From the NCBI GenBank assembly GCA_052033375.1, contig JBPOJQ010000010.1, positions 5,941 through 69,940 of the forward strand: 64,000 nucleotides of DNA. The letters are read 5' to 3'. Below, piece after piece: positions 19,601 through 27,743 of this stretch. The notes beneath the pieces were generated by a model. That model was given only the letters and a program-made list of their open reading frames with translations, was not told where the DNA came from and ran no database searches. The number at the start of each line of letters is the position of its first letter. Positions within the stretch are counted from its first letter, which is position 1. Source of the DNA: Candidatus Magasanikiibacteriota bacterium. GTDB lineage: Bacteria; Patescibacteriota; Patescibacteriia; Magasanikbacterales; UBA922. The translations under genes and the position numbers were made by a program.

Positions 19601-20458
19601 TCTAATTCTAAAGAATTGGAACTCAGAATGTTGCTTGGTATCGCAAGAAATAAAATTAATCAAGCTACCGGACAAGTATATACAGAACGCGAACTTGAAG
19701 ATATCTTCAATAGTTCTCTTGGAGGTTTAAATGATCCGAGACGAGAAAATTATACTAGACAATATATTGCGGCAAATAAGGTGGCTGCTGGAAAAGGCGA
19801 GTTAGGTGGTGTACGGTTGATGTATGATTTTGTTGGTCCTAACGGTAGAATTGATAATCGTTGGCTAGATCAAACTCAGCGCGGCGATGATTCGTTAGGT
19901 CTTGTAGATTATTTTGCTGCGGATATGTCCCCAGAAGCTGGAGTAAAAGGGCTTGCTGAAGTTAAAAAAATTAATCCTAATACGGGCTCTTCGTCAGTTG
20001 CTAAATTTGGTCAAATAGGACGAAAAGCAATGAGAAAAATAACCAAAGGTCAAACCGGGAGATTTTTTGAAAACAAAAGATCGTTTAGAATTTCTCAAGA
20101 AATGAATGAAATAGAGGTCGATAATAATGAAAGTTTTGATGATTTTTTACAAGTCATCGAAAATTTGAAAGAAGATATGAAAGAACAGGGATTTGAGACA
20201 AGTAAGAGTGCGTGGTCAGAATTTTATAAAAAAATGAGAGAGTACGCAGTTGCTGAAGATGCTGCTGCCATGGCTGATCCAAATTTTGTTGGTCCACCTA
20301 GTGCTGTCTCACGATATGAGAGAGCTATAACACCTCCACCGCGACGACCTCAAGGAGTCGTGGGTGGTAATAATCAACCTCCGGGGGGAGGTGGTAGACG
20401 ACCAGGATTCCGGAGACCAGGGGGAGGTGGTAATAATCCACCACCTCAACAGCCGTAG
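16646..20458 (+). CDS. VirB6/TrbL/ConG-like polytopic membrane protein with ~850-aa charged coiled-coil and Gly/Pro-rich tail (true start likely ~16775)
   Basis: ~8-10 TM helices in first 400 aa; Lys/Glu/Ala-rich predicted coiled-coil; C-terminus PPPRRPQGVVGGNNQPPGGGGRRPGFRRPGGGGNNPPPQQP; annotated 5' end overlaps right hairpin repeat. Confidence 0.55.
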   Translation: MTYDFFSQVFVYKIRGKKVHTRFCSVLFYFMVYLVMCISNIYYMRRFFALVHTGVSQAYIKLFPNTLKKRTWWPIFVVGVILISAMAVGITHAQFGLESLLNGLVELIATILIELAKLCIFLTIFFLRAFITLASYNNFIDVSVVKLGWVMVRDVANLFFIVGLLVIAFATILGFESYEWKHGLVKIVLMAILINFSNLIAQLVIDVAHIFTITFLNAVSATAGGNLITLFQMDKILALAAGAPNTLGETREVASLTLFAGGALAFIFALLAALTVGAYLVVMIFRIVMLWALIVLSPFAFMLYAVPKGEDYAHEWWSEFSKHVIVAPIMVFFLWLAFATLGTGQIITEIQDDPNVIQLDSTGEEKQSVTVLEISTWENFASFLLGIGFLWVGIKKTEETGATGAGLVGGAIDFTKNVATIATGYAAGRWLVGAAGEKIKSDFPIIGAKSIERKAAVVKGAIGKYKSKVDMARDAKVQDWEKGLKGAWDKRDLAGIFKFGAKRFLLGSVIASSKKKDAVAETWEEMAHLADEEHEARISNSGTFGGAGKDEQRIRTELAVELKEAKGKQKGAEGLLKLKESDEQVNKDLDMIAETEILGHKAEERLHTEEEEHHLHTEDELRTKGESALVKDTKKYFDSEDAKRKKGGKPPLTEEERDAYIREKFKDLKGPAKYAALSRGLKEMQARNEKYKDALEDEEKMKKEQARLKQSKINPDYKAYDERATKATLQYESAKGVYEAQAKKGSVEMFQSLIKDREFQAEQQEQARLSGEVKALEDKKAAEKELLALEEIRKILAAGGFAESIAAQVALEASKGLTDARKEFVTGEERKQFGGPAVRGFDQMLAAQAVLENQKEEAERSKIHKLAEERAVFYAGQGDNARADAIRQQAAAQILKKDSELFANLSYNQRRGRMEVDVAKLDQLRDVVSAAAPGSQAQQVAAERLARAEERQRALVLSNIADGSQTAEATRAQAARALGFDKIDSSNSKELELRMLLGIARNKINQATGQVYTERELEDIFNSSLGGLNDPRRENYTRQYIAANKVAAGKGELGGVRLMYDFVGPNGRIDNRWLDQTQRGDDSLGLVDYFAADMSPEAGVKGLAEVKKINPNTGSSSVAKFGQIGRKAMRKITKGQTGRFFENKRSFRISQEMNEIEVDNNESFDDFLQVIENLKEDMKEQGFETSKSAWSEFYKKMREYAVAEDAAAMADPNFVGPPSAVSRYERAITPPPRRPQGVVGGNNQPPGGGGRRPGFRRPGGGGNNPPPQQP

Positions 20459-20485
20459 TTCTTCTTTCAATGTTGAATATATTAT

Positions 20486-21445
20486 ATGCAATCTGAGGAT
20501 ATACAAAATTTAGTTCAAGGTGATTTTTTGAAAGTCGAAGATCAACTTCGTCAACTTATGATTGATCCTGTTGGAGAAGATGTACTACGGAGAGTATTTG
20601 TACAAGTATTTTCAACCTCCTCGTCTGAGGAGGTTAGAAAAAAATGGTGGACTACATATCGACTTTACACTGAACTCAATTGGATGAAATTGAAAGGCTT
20701 ACCTTCTGATTTTGTTGTTGAAACATGTTTTGGAAAACAGTTGATCATGGCTTGTATTCTCAAATTTGAACCAATAGACGAGGTGCTTTGGTTTCTAGCA
20801 GTTCGTTCTCCTGATAAAACTGATGCAATTACCGAATATTCGCGCATACGAGAAGCAGTATTTGAATCAGAGATGGTTGTGGGGATATATAAAAATCAAC
20901 CTCAGAAAGTGAAGGATATTGTACAAGAGATTGTACGTCTTAATCAAATGGATAATCCCTCGCTTGAAGTTGCAGAGTTTAAGGCAAAAGTAGAAACTAT
21001 ATTCTTTTCAGAAATGCCTGATCCTACGTATATTGAACGCTTGGATATTGATAAACGAGAATCGGTTGCTATATTTTTTTCGTTTATTCACTTTCTTATC
21101 GGCGTAAAACCAGAATATATCTATGGACTTGTTGAAGAGGCGTTGCATGCTGATGTGCTAGCAAGGGAAGAGTTACAAAATGAATCTGTTGACACTATTC
21201 AAAATTCAGAGACGGATACAGTTTTAGAACCAGAACAAGAAACTAACACAAATTATTTTGTAGAGATTAAAAATAACATTCAAGCTGATCTCGCAAGTGG
21301 AAAAATAGCGGATGAGGTGGAAGTTTTCGATATCTTGCACGCTTATTCAGAACAGTACAACGATCCTCGTATTCTCGACCTGTATTACTACGATGAACAA
21401 CAAGAAAAATTTGTCTGGAATGAGGAATTATTAAACGAGAATTAA
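20486..21445 (+). CDS. hypothetical acidic protein
   Basis: ORF, no recognisable motifs; within T4SS-like cluster. Confidence 0.45.
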   Translation: MQSEDIQNLVQGDFLKVEDQLRQLMIDPVGEDVLRRVFVQVFSTSSSEEVRKKWWTTYRLYTELNWMKLKGLPSDFVVETCFGKQLIMACILKFEPIDEVLWFLAVRSPDKTDAITEYSRIREAVFESEMVVGIYKNQPQKVKDIVQEIVRLNQMDNPSLEVAEFKAKVETIFFSEMPDPTYIERLDIDKRESVAIFFSFIHFLIGVKPEYIYGLVEEALHADVLAREELQNESVDTIQNSETDTVLEPEQETNTNYFVEIKNNIQADLASGKIADEVEVFDILHAYSEQYNDPRILDLYYYDEQQEKFVWNEELLNEN

Positions 21446-21446
21446 T

Positions 21447-22709
21447 ATGGAAAATAGTTCTAAACTACAACCTACGATTCTTGTGAAAAAAGCGGATGGT
21501 ACGACTGAACGTATTACTCTTCAGGAATTTCGGAAAAGAAAGCAGTCGAGTATCGTACAGTCGCCTGTACCAGAGCCGAAAGTTCTTGAGAAAAAAGTTA
21601 CAGTTATTCCTCCAGCTCCACCAAGACGAGTAATTCCTCTGGTTGAAGAAGTCGAGGAACGGGAAGTTGTTCGTCCTACCATGCCTGCACCTCAACCTCC
21701 GGTACCACAGCCTCCTCGTCGTGTAATACCATTGGTAGAAGATGAAGAGCTTATTGTTAACAACAGACATAGAGAAGAGAAAGAACAGGCGCAGGTGTCC
21801 CCAGTCACTCCTGTGGTTCAAGCTGAGACGCATATAGCAAATACCACACCGGTGACGAAAGTGTTTGAGTCCCCCTATACACATCAGGCTTTGGTGGACA
21901 AACAAAAGTCGAATGGTCATTCCGTCCAAGGCGGATCTGCATTGGGCGAACGGTCACTTCTCGACGAAGATGATTCTGAGATTCGGGTTATAGGCGAAAA
22001 GAAAGGGCAGTTAGTCAGTCACACACCAGCAGTGCCAGTATCATTTTCGAGTTCAGTATCGATCCCAAAAGACTTAGAAGCACGAACATCTTCCCTGATT
22101 TTATCATGGAAAAAAGGAATTCGAGATCAGTATCAATTTATTGAGTATGCCATGAAGTCTCCTTCTGATGGTGGGCTTGGGCTTTCGAAGGTTGATGCAA
22201 CCAAGTTATTTGCTGAAATATCTCAGACCGCAACATTGGGTGCTCCACGTCCTCATACTGGGTCGATTCCCGTGGCTTCTATGACACCTCCTGCACCACT
22301 ACCCACCTCTTCGCAGAAAAAAACAACCGTGCATCAGATTCCATCATCAGCACCATCTGTGATGCAGGAGATTTCTCCTGCACGGGAACGTACTGCTGTT
22401 ATGGGTCCCATTGAAGAAGTAGAATCATTTAGTATTGAAGATTTTCGTAGACTGTCGCGGGTTCCAAAAACTGCAGGTGAAATGCTTCTTGCGAAATTTA
22501 GTGGTTGGAAAGATGAGTCATACTTGCTATACTTACAGGTATGCGAGAGTTGGAAAAAAAGTCTATTGTTTCGATTATATATTGAAAAGACAATTGAGGC
22601 AGTAGAAAAAAATCTTATCATTACTGCGGTATTACAGAATGGTGAATTGACGTATGAAGAATATCTAGCGATTGCAGAAGTGAATAAGAAGTTGGGGCAG
22701 ATGGATTGA
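21447..22709 (+). CDS. hypothetical Pro-rich protein with tandem PPxPPRRVIPLVE(E/D) repeat
   Basis: Duplicated motif PPAPPRRVIPLVEE / PQPPRRVIPLVEDEE. Confidence 0.45.
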   Translation: MENSSKLQPTILVKKADGTTERITLQEFRKRKQSSIVQSPVPEPKVLEKKVTVIPPAPPRRVIPLVEEVEEREVVRPTMPAPQPPVPQPPRRVIPLVEDEELIVNNRHREEKEQAQVSPVTPVVQAETHIANTTPVTKVFESPYTHQALVDKQKSNGHSVQGGSALGERSLLDEDDSEIRVIGEKKGQLVSHTPAVPVSFSSSVSIPKDLEARTSSLILSWKKGIRDQYQFIEYAMKSPSDGGLGLSKVDATKLFAEISQTATLGAPRPHTGSIPVASMTPPAPLPTSSQKKTTVHQIPSSAPSVMQEISPARERTAVMGPIEEVESFSIEDFRRLSRVPKTAGEMLLAKFSGWKDESYLLYLQVCESWKKSLLFRLYIEKTIEAVEKNLIITAVLQNGELTYEEYLAIAEVNKKLGQMD

Positions 22710-22712
22710 TTA

Positions 22713-22819
22713 CAGTCGAAAGTCGTAAAGTCTGTAAAGTTATAAAGTAAAATACAAATAACTTTAGGATTTTATAGATGAATAACTTTCGACTTTATGG
22801 ACTTTTTGACTTTCTGACT
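22713..22819. repeat. imperfect long inverted repeat: AAAGTC/TAAAGT array upstream vs GACTTT array in first 13 codons of next gene
   Basis: cagtcgaaagtcgtaaagtctgtaaagttataaagt ... aactttcgactttatggactttttgactttctgacta. Confidence 0.4.
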
Positions 22820-23257
22820 AAGATTATGCAGCAGTTTATAGTCCCACAATTTATTGAAGTCGAAGATAAAATTTTGGGTCCGATCACGAGTCGGCAGTTT
22901 ATTATTTTATTGATTACCGGCCTGATTGTATTTGGTGCATATCGCTTTGGTGATTTTGCATTATTTATTTTTTGTCTCATATTTTTTGGTATTGGTGGAC
23001 TCGTAATTGCGTTTGTAAAAGTAAATGGACAAGCATTTCATTATTTTTTTCTGAATATTGTACAGACGCTCCGCCGACCGTCACGAAGGGTGTGGCATAA
23101 GACATTATCCAGAAAAGAACTTGAGATGCTCAGAAAGTATGTACCAGAGGCAGTTGAGGTAAAGGAACAAGCAAAACCAGTGAAACGTGAGCGAATTCAG
23201 GATTTGTCATTGTTGGTAAATACTGGTGGGTTTTATAGACCTGAGGATGATCGGTAG
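22778..23257 (+). CDS. PrgI/VirB3-like small two-TM membrane protein
   Basis: KILGPITSRQFIILLITGLIVFGAY resembles GP(L/I)T.RQ motif region of Gram-positive PrgI-family proteins; lies just upstream of VirB4. Confidence 0.45.
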   Translation: MNNFRLYGLFDFLTKIMQQFIVPQFIEVEDKILGPITSRQFIILLITGLIVFGAYRFGDFALFIFCLIFFGIGGLVIAFVKVNGQAFHYFFLNIVQTLRRPSRRVWHKTLSRKELEMLRKYVPEAVEVKEQAKPVKRERIQDLSLLVNTGGFYRPEDDR

Positions 23258-23298
23258 TAATTGTAGCGTTATCGTGCTTAGGTTCAACCCCACCCCAA

Positions 23299-23319
23299 CC
23301 CTCCCCTAAGAGGGGAGGG
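23299..23319 (+). promoter_or_regulatory. GC hairpin CCCTCCCC-TAAGA-GGGGAGGG sequestering the Shine-Dalgarno of the downstream ORF
   Basis: 8-bp G/C stem; 3' arm GGGGAGGG is the only SD-like sequence, 13 nt before ATG 23333; near-copy of element at 15814-15850. Confidence 0.45.
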
Positions 23320-23332
23320 AGAATACTAAAAT

Positions 23333-24028
23333 ATGAAAGATAAAAAAGCAGTACAAAAACGAGCAAAACAATCCAATACCCAGGCGCATCTTCCGATTGC
23401 TGAGATTAAAGATGGAGTCGTAGTTTTAAAGGATGGTACGATGCGAAAGGTGCTTTTGACTTCGAGTATTAATTTTGCGCTTAAGTCAGAGGATGAACAG
23501 AACGCTATTATTTCTGCGTATGTTGGTTTTTTGAATTCACTTGATTTTCCAATTCAGATTGTAGTCCAGTCACGTAGACTACAGATTAAACCTTATTTGG
23601 ATACACTCAGTAAGCTTGAGCGTGATCAGGCGAATGAATTGTTGCGTGTCCAAATCGCTGATTACCGATTGTTTATTGAGGAGTTGGTAGATATGGGCAA
23701 AATCATGACTAAACGTTATTTTGTAATAGTGCCGTATTCGCCGTTGGATAATCAGAAAAAAAGTTTTTGGTCTCGTGCAAAGGAAGTGATTGTACCAGTG
23801 ATTACTTTGAAACTCAAAGAAGAACAATTCCAACGTCGAAAACAAGATTTGGAATTGCGTGTTCGTCAGATTAGTGCTGGTCTGGCTAATATGGGACTTG
23901 AAATAGCTGAGCTTGATACACAAGCGTTGATTGAATTGTACTACAGTACCTATAATCCAGATATATCTTTTGCTGAACAGATGGGCGATGTGGGGGCACA
24001 GCAAGTAGAAGAAAATTTACCTATGTAA
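23333..24028 (+). CDS. VirB4/ConE (TraE) ATPase N-terminal segment
   Basis: IAEIKDGVVVLKDGTMRKVLLTSSINFALKSEDEQNAIISAYVGFLNSLDFPIQIVVQS matches N-terminus of Gram-positive VirB4-type ATPases; same frame as next ORF, separated by one TAA. Confidence 0.7.
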   Translation: MKDKKAVQKRAKQSNTQAHLPIAEIKDGVVVLKDGTMRKVLLTSSINFALKSEDEQNAIISAYVGFLNSLDFPIQIVVQSRRLQIKPYLDTLSKLERDQANELLRVQIADYRLFIEELVDMGKIMTKRYFVIVPYSPLDNQKKSFWSRAKEVIVPVITLKLKEEQFQRRKQDLELRVRQISAGLANMGLEIAELDTQALIELYYSTYNPDISFAEQMGDVGAQQVEENLPM

Positions 24029-24031
24029 TGT

Positions 24032-25894
24032 ATGCCTTTTCAACCTGTCTCATTTGAATCACAAAATAAACGACTGAGTTCGTCCGCAGACAAAAAGAAA
24101 ACGGATGAAACATTGGTCACGCTTGAGGAAGAGCGTGTCTATCGTGAGGGGACTGTATCCCTTCGCGACTTGATTGCGCCTTCAGCTTTTAATGTTGAGT
24201 CAAATTTTTTGCAATTGGGCTCTATATTTTTGCGTACCATTTTTGTGGTGAGTTATCCACGCTATATTTCAATTGGCTGGTCTAGTCCTATTCTCAATCT
24301 CAATTTGACCATGGATGTGGGCATGTTTTTCTATCCAGTCGAAGCTCCTATTATTCTCAAACAATTGAAGAAAAAAGTGGGAGCACTCCAGGCACAGATT
24401 AGTCAGGATACTGAAAAAGGTGCGCCACGTGATCCTATTCGTGAAACTGCGCTTCGGGATGTCGAACAATTGAGAGATGACTTGACTCAAGGAATTGAAC
24501 ATTTTTTCCAATTTGCATTTTATGTAACTTTGTACGCGTCTACCAAAGAAGAATTGGACCGTGTAACTGAGGATATACACAATATTTTTGGATCCAAATT
24601 GATTCACAGTAAACATGTGTTATACCAGTCAGAACAAGGGTTTAATTCTACCGCGCCACTTGGGATTGATGAATTGGTGATTTCATTTAATATGAATTCA
24701 AGTCCCATTGCTGCGTCTTTTCCATTTATTTCGACTGAACTCACTAGTGATAATGGAATTCTATACGGTATCAATAAACACAATAATAGTTTGATTTTGT
24801 TCGATCGTTTTTCTTTGCAGAATGCTAACATGGTGGTATTTGCGACGTCTGGAGCCGGCAAGTCTTATGCTGTCAAACTTGAAATTCTTCGAAGTCTCAT
24901 GATGGGGATTGATGTCATTGTGATTGACCCTGAAATGGAATATGTACACCTTTCAGAGGCGGTTGGTGGAACCTATATCAATATTTCACTTGCGTCTGAG
25001 AGTAAAGTAAATCCATTCGATCTTCCACGTCCTGTGGGGCAACAAATTTCGACTGAAGATGTGATACGAAGCGCAGTTATCACTATGAAAGGACTTCTTC
25101 GTATTATGTTTGGTACACTTACTGCTTCTGAAGATTCGATTCTTGATCGCGCAGTGCTCGAAGCGTATGCAAAAAAAGATATTACCACTTCTTCTGATCT
25201 CGCTACTATTGAAGCCCCGATTATGCAGGATTTGCTTGACGTTCTCGAGGGAATGGAGGGCGCCGATACGCTTGCACTTAAACTTCGAAAATATACTGAT
25301 GGAACGTTTGCTGGACTTTTCAATGCTCCGACCAATGTAAATATGAACAATCAATTGGTGGTCTTTAGTGTGCGTGATTTGGAAGATGAACTACGTCCGA
25401 TGGCTATTTATACGCTTATTAATTATATATGGAATATTGTTCGATCAGAGCGGAAGAAACGCTTGTTGGTCATTGATGAAGCATGGTGGCTCATGCTTCA
25501 TGAAGATAGTGCAAAATTCATGTATGCGTTGGTAAAAAGATGCCGCAAATATTATTTAGGAGTCACGACAATCACACAGGATGTGAATGATTTCTTGCGC
25601 TCTCCATACGGACAGGCAATTGTAAATAATTCAGCATTACAATTATTGCTGAGACAAGCTCCTTCTGCTGTGGATATGATTCAAAAAACTTTCATGTTGA
25701 CCGAGGGTGAAAAATATTTATTGCTCGATAGTGGTGTTGGGCAGGGAATATTTTTTGCCGGAAATCGTCATGCTGCAATTCAGATTGTTGCTTCGTATAC
25801 CGAAGATCAGTTGGTGACTTCGAATCCACAGCAATTATTGGAAATAGAACGCGCAAAGAAAGAATTTCAGAATGAATTTAAGAAAGAATCTTAG
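24032..25894 (+). CDS. VirB4/ConE (TraE) conjugative-transfer ATPase, C-terminal segment
   Basis: LRDLIAPSAFNVESNFLQLG...; Walker A VVFATSGAGKSYAV; Walker B LLVIDEAWWL (DEAW typical of VirB4/TraC family). Confidence 0.85.
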   Translation: MPFQPVSFESQNKRLSSSADKKKTDETLVTLEEERVYREGTVSLRDLIAPSAFNVESNFLQLGSIFLRTIFVVSYPRYISIGWSSPILNLNLTMDVGMFFYPVEAPIILKQLKKKVGALQAQISQDTEKGAPRDPIRETALRDVEQLRDDLTQGIEHFFQFAFYVTLYASTKEELDRVTEDIHNIFGSKLIHSKHVLYQSEQGFNSTAPLGIDELVISFNMNSSPIAASFPFISTELTSDNGILYGINKHNNSLILFDRFSLQNANMVVFATSGAGKSYAVKLEILRSLMMGIDVIVIDPEMEYVHLSEAVGGTYINISLASESKVNPFDLPRPVGQQISTEDVIRSAVITMKGLLRIMFGTLTASEDSILDRAVLEAYAKKDITTSSDLATIEAPIMQDLLDVLEGMEGADTLALKLRKYTDGTFAGLFNAPTNVNMNNQLVVFSVRDLEDELRPMAIYTLINYIWNIVRSERKKRLLVIDEAWWLMLHEDSAKFMYALVKRCRKYYLGVTTITQDVNDFLRSPYGQAIVNNSALQLLLRQAPSAVDMIQKTFMLTEGEKYLLLDSGVGQGIFFAGNRHAAIQIVASYTEDQLVTSNPQQLLEIERAKKEFQNEFKKES

Positions 25895-25934
25895 CCCATA
25901 TACTACGTAATACGCATACCATATATCACAAGTA

Positions 25935-26558
25935 GTGCGGGGTATGTGTCATAACAATTATACATATATGCTTTCTCTTCGAAAACGAATTTTGTTACTC
26001 ATAGGGAGTGTACTTTTTATTATATTATTAATTTTATTGTGGGTTTTCTTCAGAAAGAAGGCCCCGACGGTTGCCCCTGTGGAAACAATTCCAGAGACTG
26101 CTGAAGTCGAGATTGATCCGATTACGACTGTTGAGTATAAGAGACCAGATACCATTCCTACACAGCCCACAGCAGTGTCTGTCCATCCTGATGAGACGTA
26201 TGCAAAACAAACTGCGCGTATTTTTGTTGAACGTTTTTGGAGTTATTCAAATCAGAATAGCAATCAGCACATCGATGATGCGCTGGAGCTTTCTGTTGAT
26301 TCCATGCATACATGGATTATATCTCAGGCGCAAGAGCAAGGTATGCAGTATGCGGGTGCAACTACAGAGGTTTTGAGTTCGAGAATTTTGTCTCTTGATG
26401 CTCTGAATGCTTCAGTTGAGGTGGGCGCACGACAGGTAGTACAGAGTCTTGATCGTGAAGGTGCTATTGTCGAAGAAATAAAAAATATTACAGCCAAAGT
26501 TGATTTGGTAAAAACGGGGGATACTTGGTTGGTATCCGGATTGTGGCTGACTCCATAA
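25935..26558 (+). CDS. hypothetical bitopic membrane protein, possible VirB8-like
   Basis: Single N-terminal TM plus ~170-aa extracytoplasmic domain; position after VirB4. Confidence 0.35.
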   Translation: MRGMCHNNYTYMLSLRKRILLLIGSVLFIILLILLWVFFRKKAPTVAPVETIPETAEVEIDPITTVEYKRPDTIPTQPTAVSVHPDETYAKQTARIFVERFWSYSNQNSNQHIDDALELSVDSMHTWIISQAQEQGMQYAGATTEVLSSRILSLDALNASVEVGARQVVQSLDREGAIVEEIKNITAKVDLVKTGDTWLVSGLWLTP

Positions 26559-26564
26559 TACGTA

Positions 26565-27296
26565 TTGTATTTATTTTTTTGTGGTATGCAAGGGGGGATT
26601 TTTTATTTTGTTGTACACAATATCTTTGAGTATATTTTTCCTGTTTTTTGTATTATCTGTGGACGTGAAGGTTGGTTGATGTGTGAACAATGTGTTCAGA
26701 GTATAGATACACCGGGTGTTTTTTGTTGCCCAGTATGCCATCGTGAACAGCCTGGAGGAGTGTGTTGTATAGAATGTCGGGGCAGTACTCCGCTGGTTCG
26801 TCATGTTGCGATGATGCCTCTCTCTGAGATTTCTCCTATACACAAACTTATTCATGTGTATAAATATGATTATTGTGAAGAAGCTGAATCAGTATTTGAA
26901 AATTTGGTCACTACTTTTTTTGAGACATATATTTTTCCTCAGGTAGATTTTATTGTTCCCGTACCGTTGCATAGAAAAAGATATGTTGAGCGTGGGTTCA
27001 ATCAGAGTGCACGCATTGGGCGCATGATTAGCGCGGCCACTGGTATTCCGTATATTGACGCATTGTCTAGAGTAAAAAATACTGTAAAACAAGCAACACT
27101 TGACCGCGTAGGTAGGGAAGAGAATGTACGCGATGCTTTTATAGTAACAAAAGAATTACATGAAATTCTATCATGTAAACATATTGTTTTGATTGATGAT
27201 GTATATACTACAGGCAGCACACTGAGAGCATGCGCTGCAGCACTTCACCATGCTGGTGTACGTGAGATTTCTGGGTGGAGTGTTGCGAGAGGATGA
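26565..27296 (+). CDS. comF: ComF-family protein (ComFC-type phosphoribosyltransferase domain)
   Basis: N-terminal Cys pairs CIICG..CEQC, CPVCH..CIEC; C-terminal PRTase motif IVLIDDVYTTGSTL. Confidence 0.85.
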   Translation: MYLFFCGMQGGIFYFVVHNIFEYIFPVFCIICGREGWLMCEQCVQSIDTPGVFCCPVCHREQPGGVCCIECRGSTPLVRHVAMMPLSEISPIHKLIHVYKYDYCEEAESVFENLVTTFFETYIFPQVDFIVPVPLHRKRYVERGFNQSARIGRMISAATGIPYIDALSRVKNTVKQATLDRVGREENVRDAFIVTKELHEILSCKHIVLIDDVYTTGSTLRACAAALHHAGVREISGWSVARG

Positions 27297-27299
27297 TTT

Positions 27300-27743
27300 T
27301 TATAGTAGCGCAAGTTCAATTGCTGCGATTGTTGCGTCACTCCCCAGGTTTTTTCGTGCTACTGCCTGACTATGGTTATTGGCAGTGATGATTCCAAATC
27401 CAATAGGGATTTGTTGGTCAAGTGAGACGCGTAATACACCCTCTTGCGCCATTTTGCAGACGTATTCGAAATGTGGAGTTTCTCCTTTGATGACACAGCC
27501 AAGTGCGATAAGACAGTCGTATCGTTTGCTGAGTGCAAGTGATTGCAGTGCAAAGGGTATTTCCACACATCCCGCTACGTGCACTGTTGTGATGTGTGTT
27601 TCTTCTACTTTGCATCCATAGAGCGTGCTCATTGCAGATTCGAGGAGACCTTCGGTGATTTCTGTGTTAAATCGTGCAACCACGATTCCTACTTTTATAC
27701 CATGTGCGTCGATACGTGGTGAGAATTTATGGGGTATTTGCAT
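27300..27743 (-). CDS. ribH: 6,7-dimethyl-8-ribityllumazine synthase
   Basis: GIKVGIVVARFN...VHVAGCVEIP...GCVIKGETPHFEYV signature. Confidence 0.9.
   Translation of the reverse strand: MQIPHKFSPRIDAHGIKVGIVVARFNTEITEGLLESAMSTLYGCKVEETHITTVHVAGCVEIPFALQSLALSKRYDCLIALGCVIKGETPHFEYVCKMAQEGVLRVSLDQQIPIGFGIITANNHSQAVARKNLGSDATIAAIELALL

Noticed and set aside
24026-24028. In-frame TAA in VirB4 being decoded by the anomalous tRNA at 32149-32235
   Set aside because: That tRNA's anticodon (ACU) cannot pair with UAA (would need UUA); no suppressor-type anticodon found in the window.
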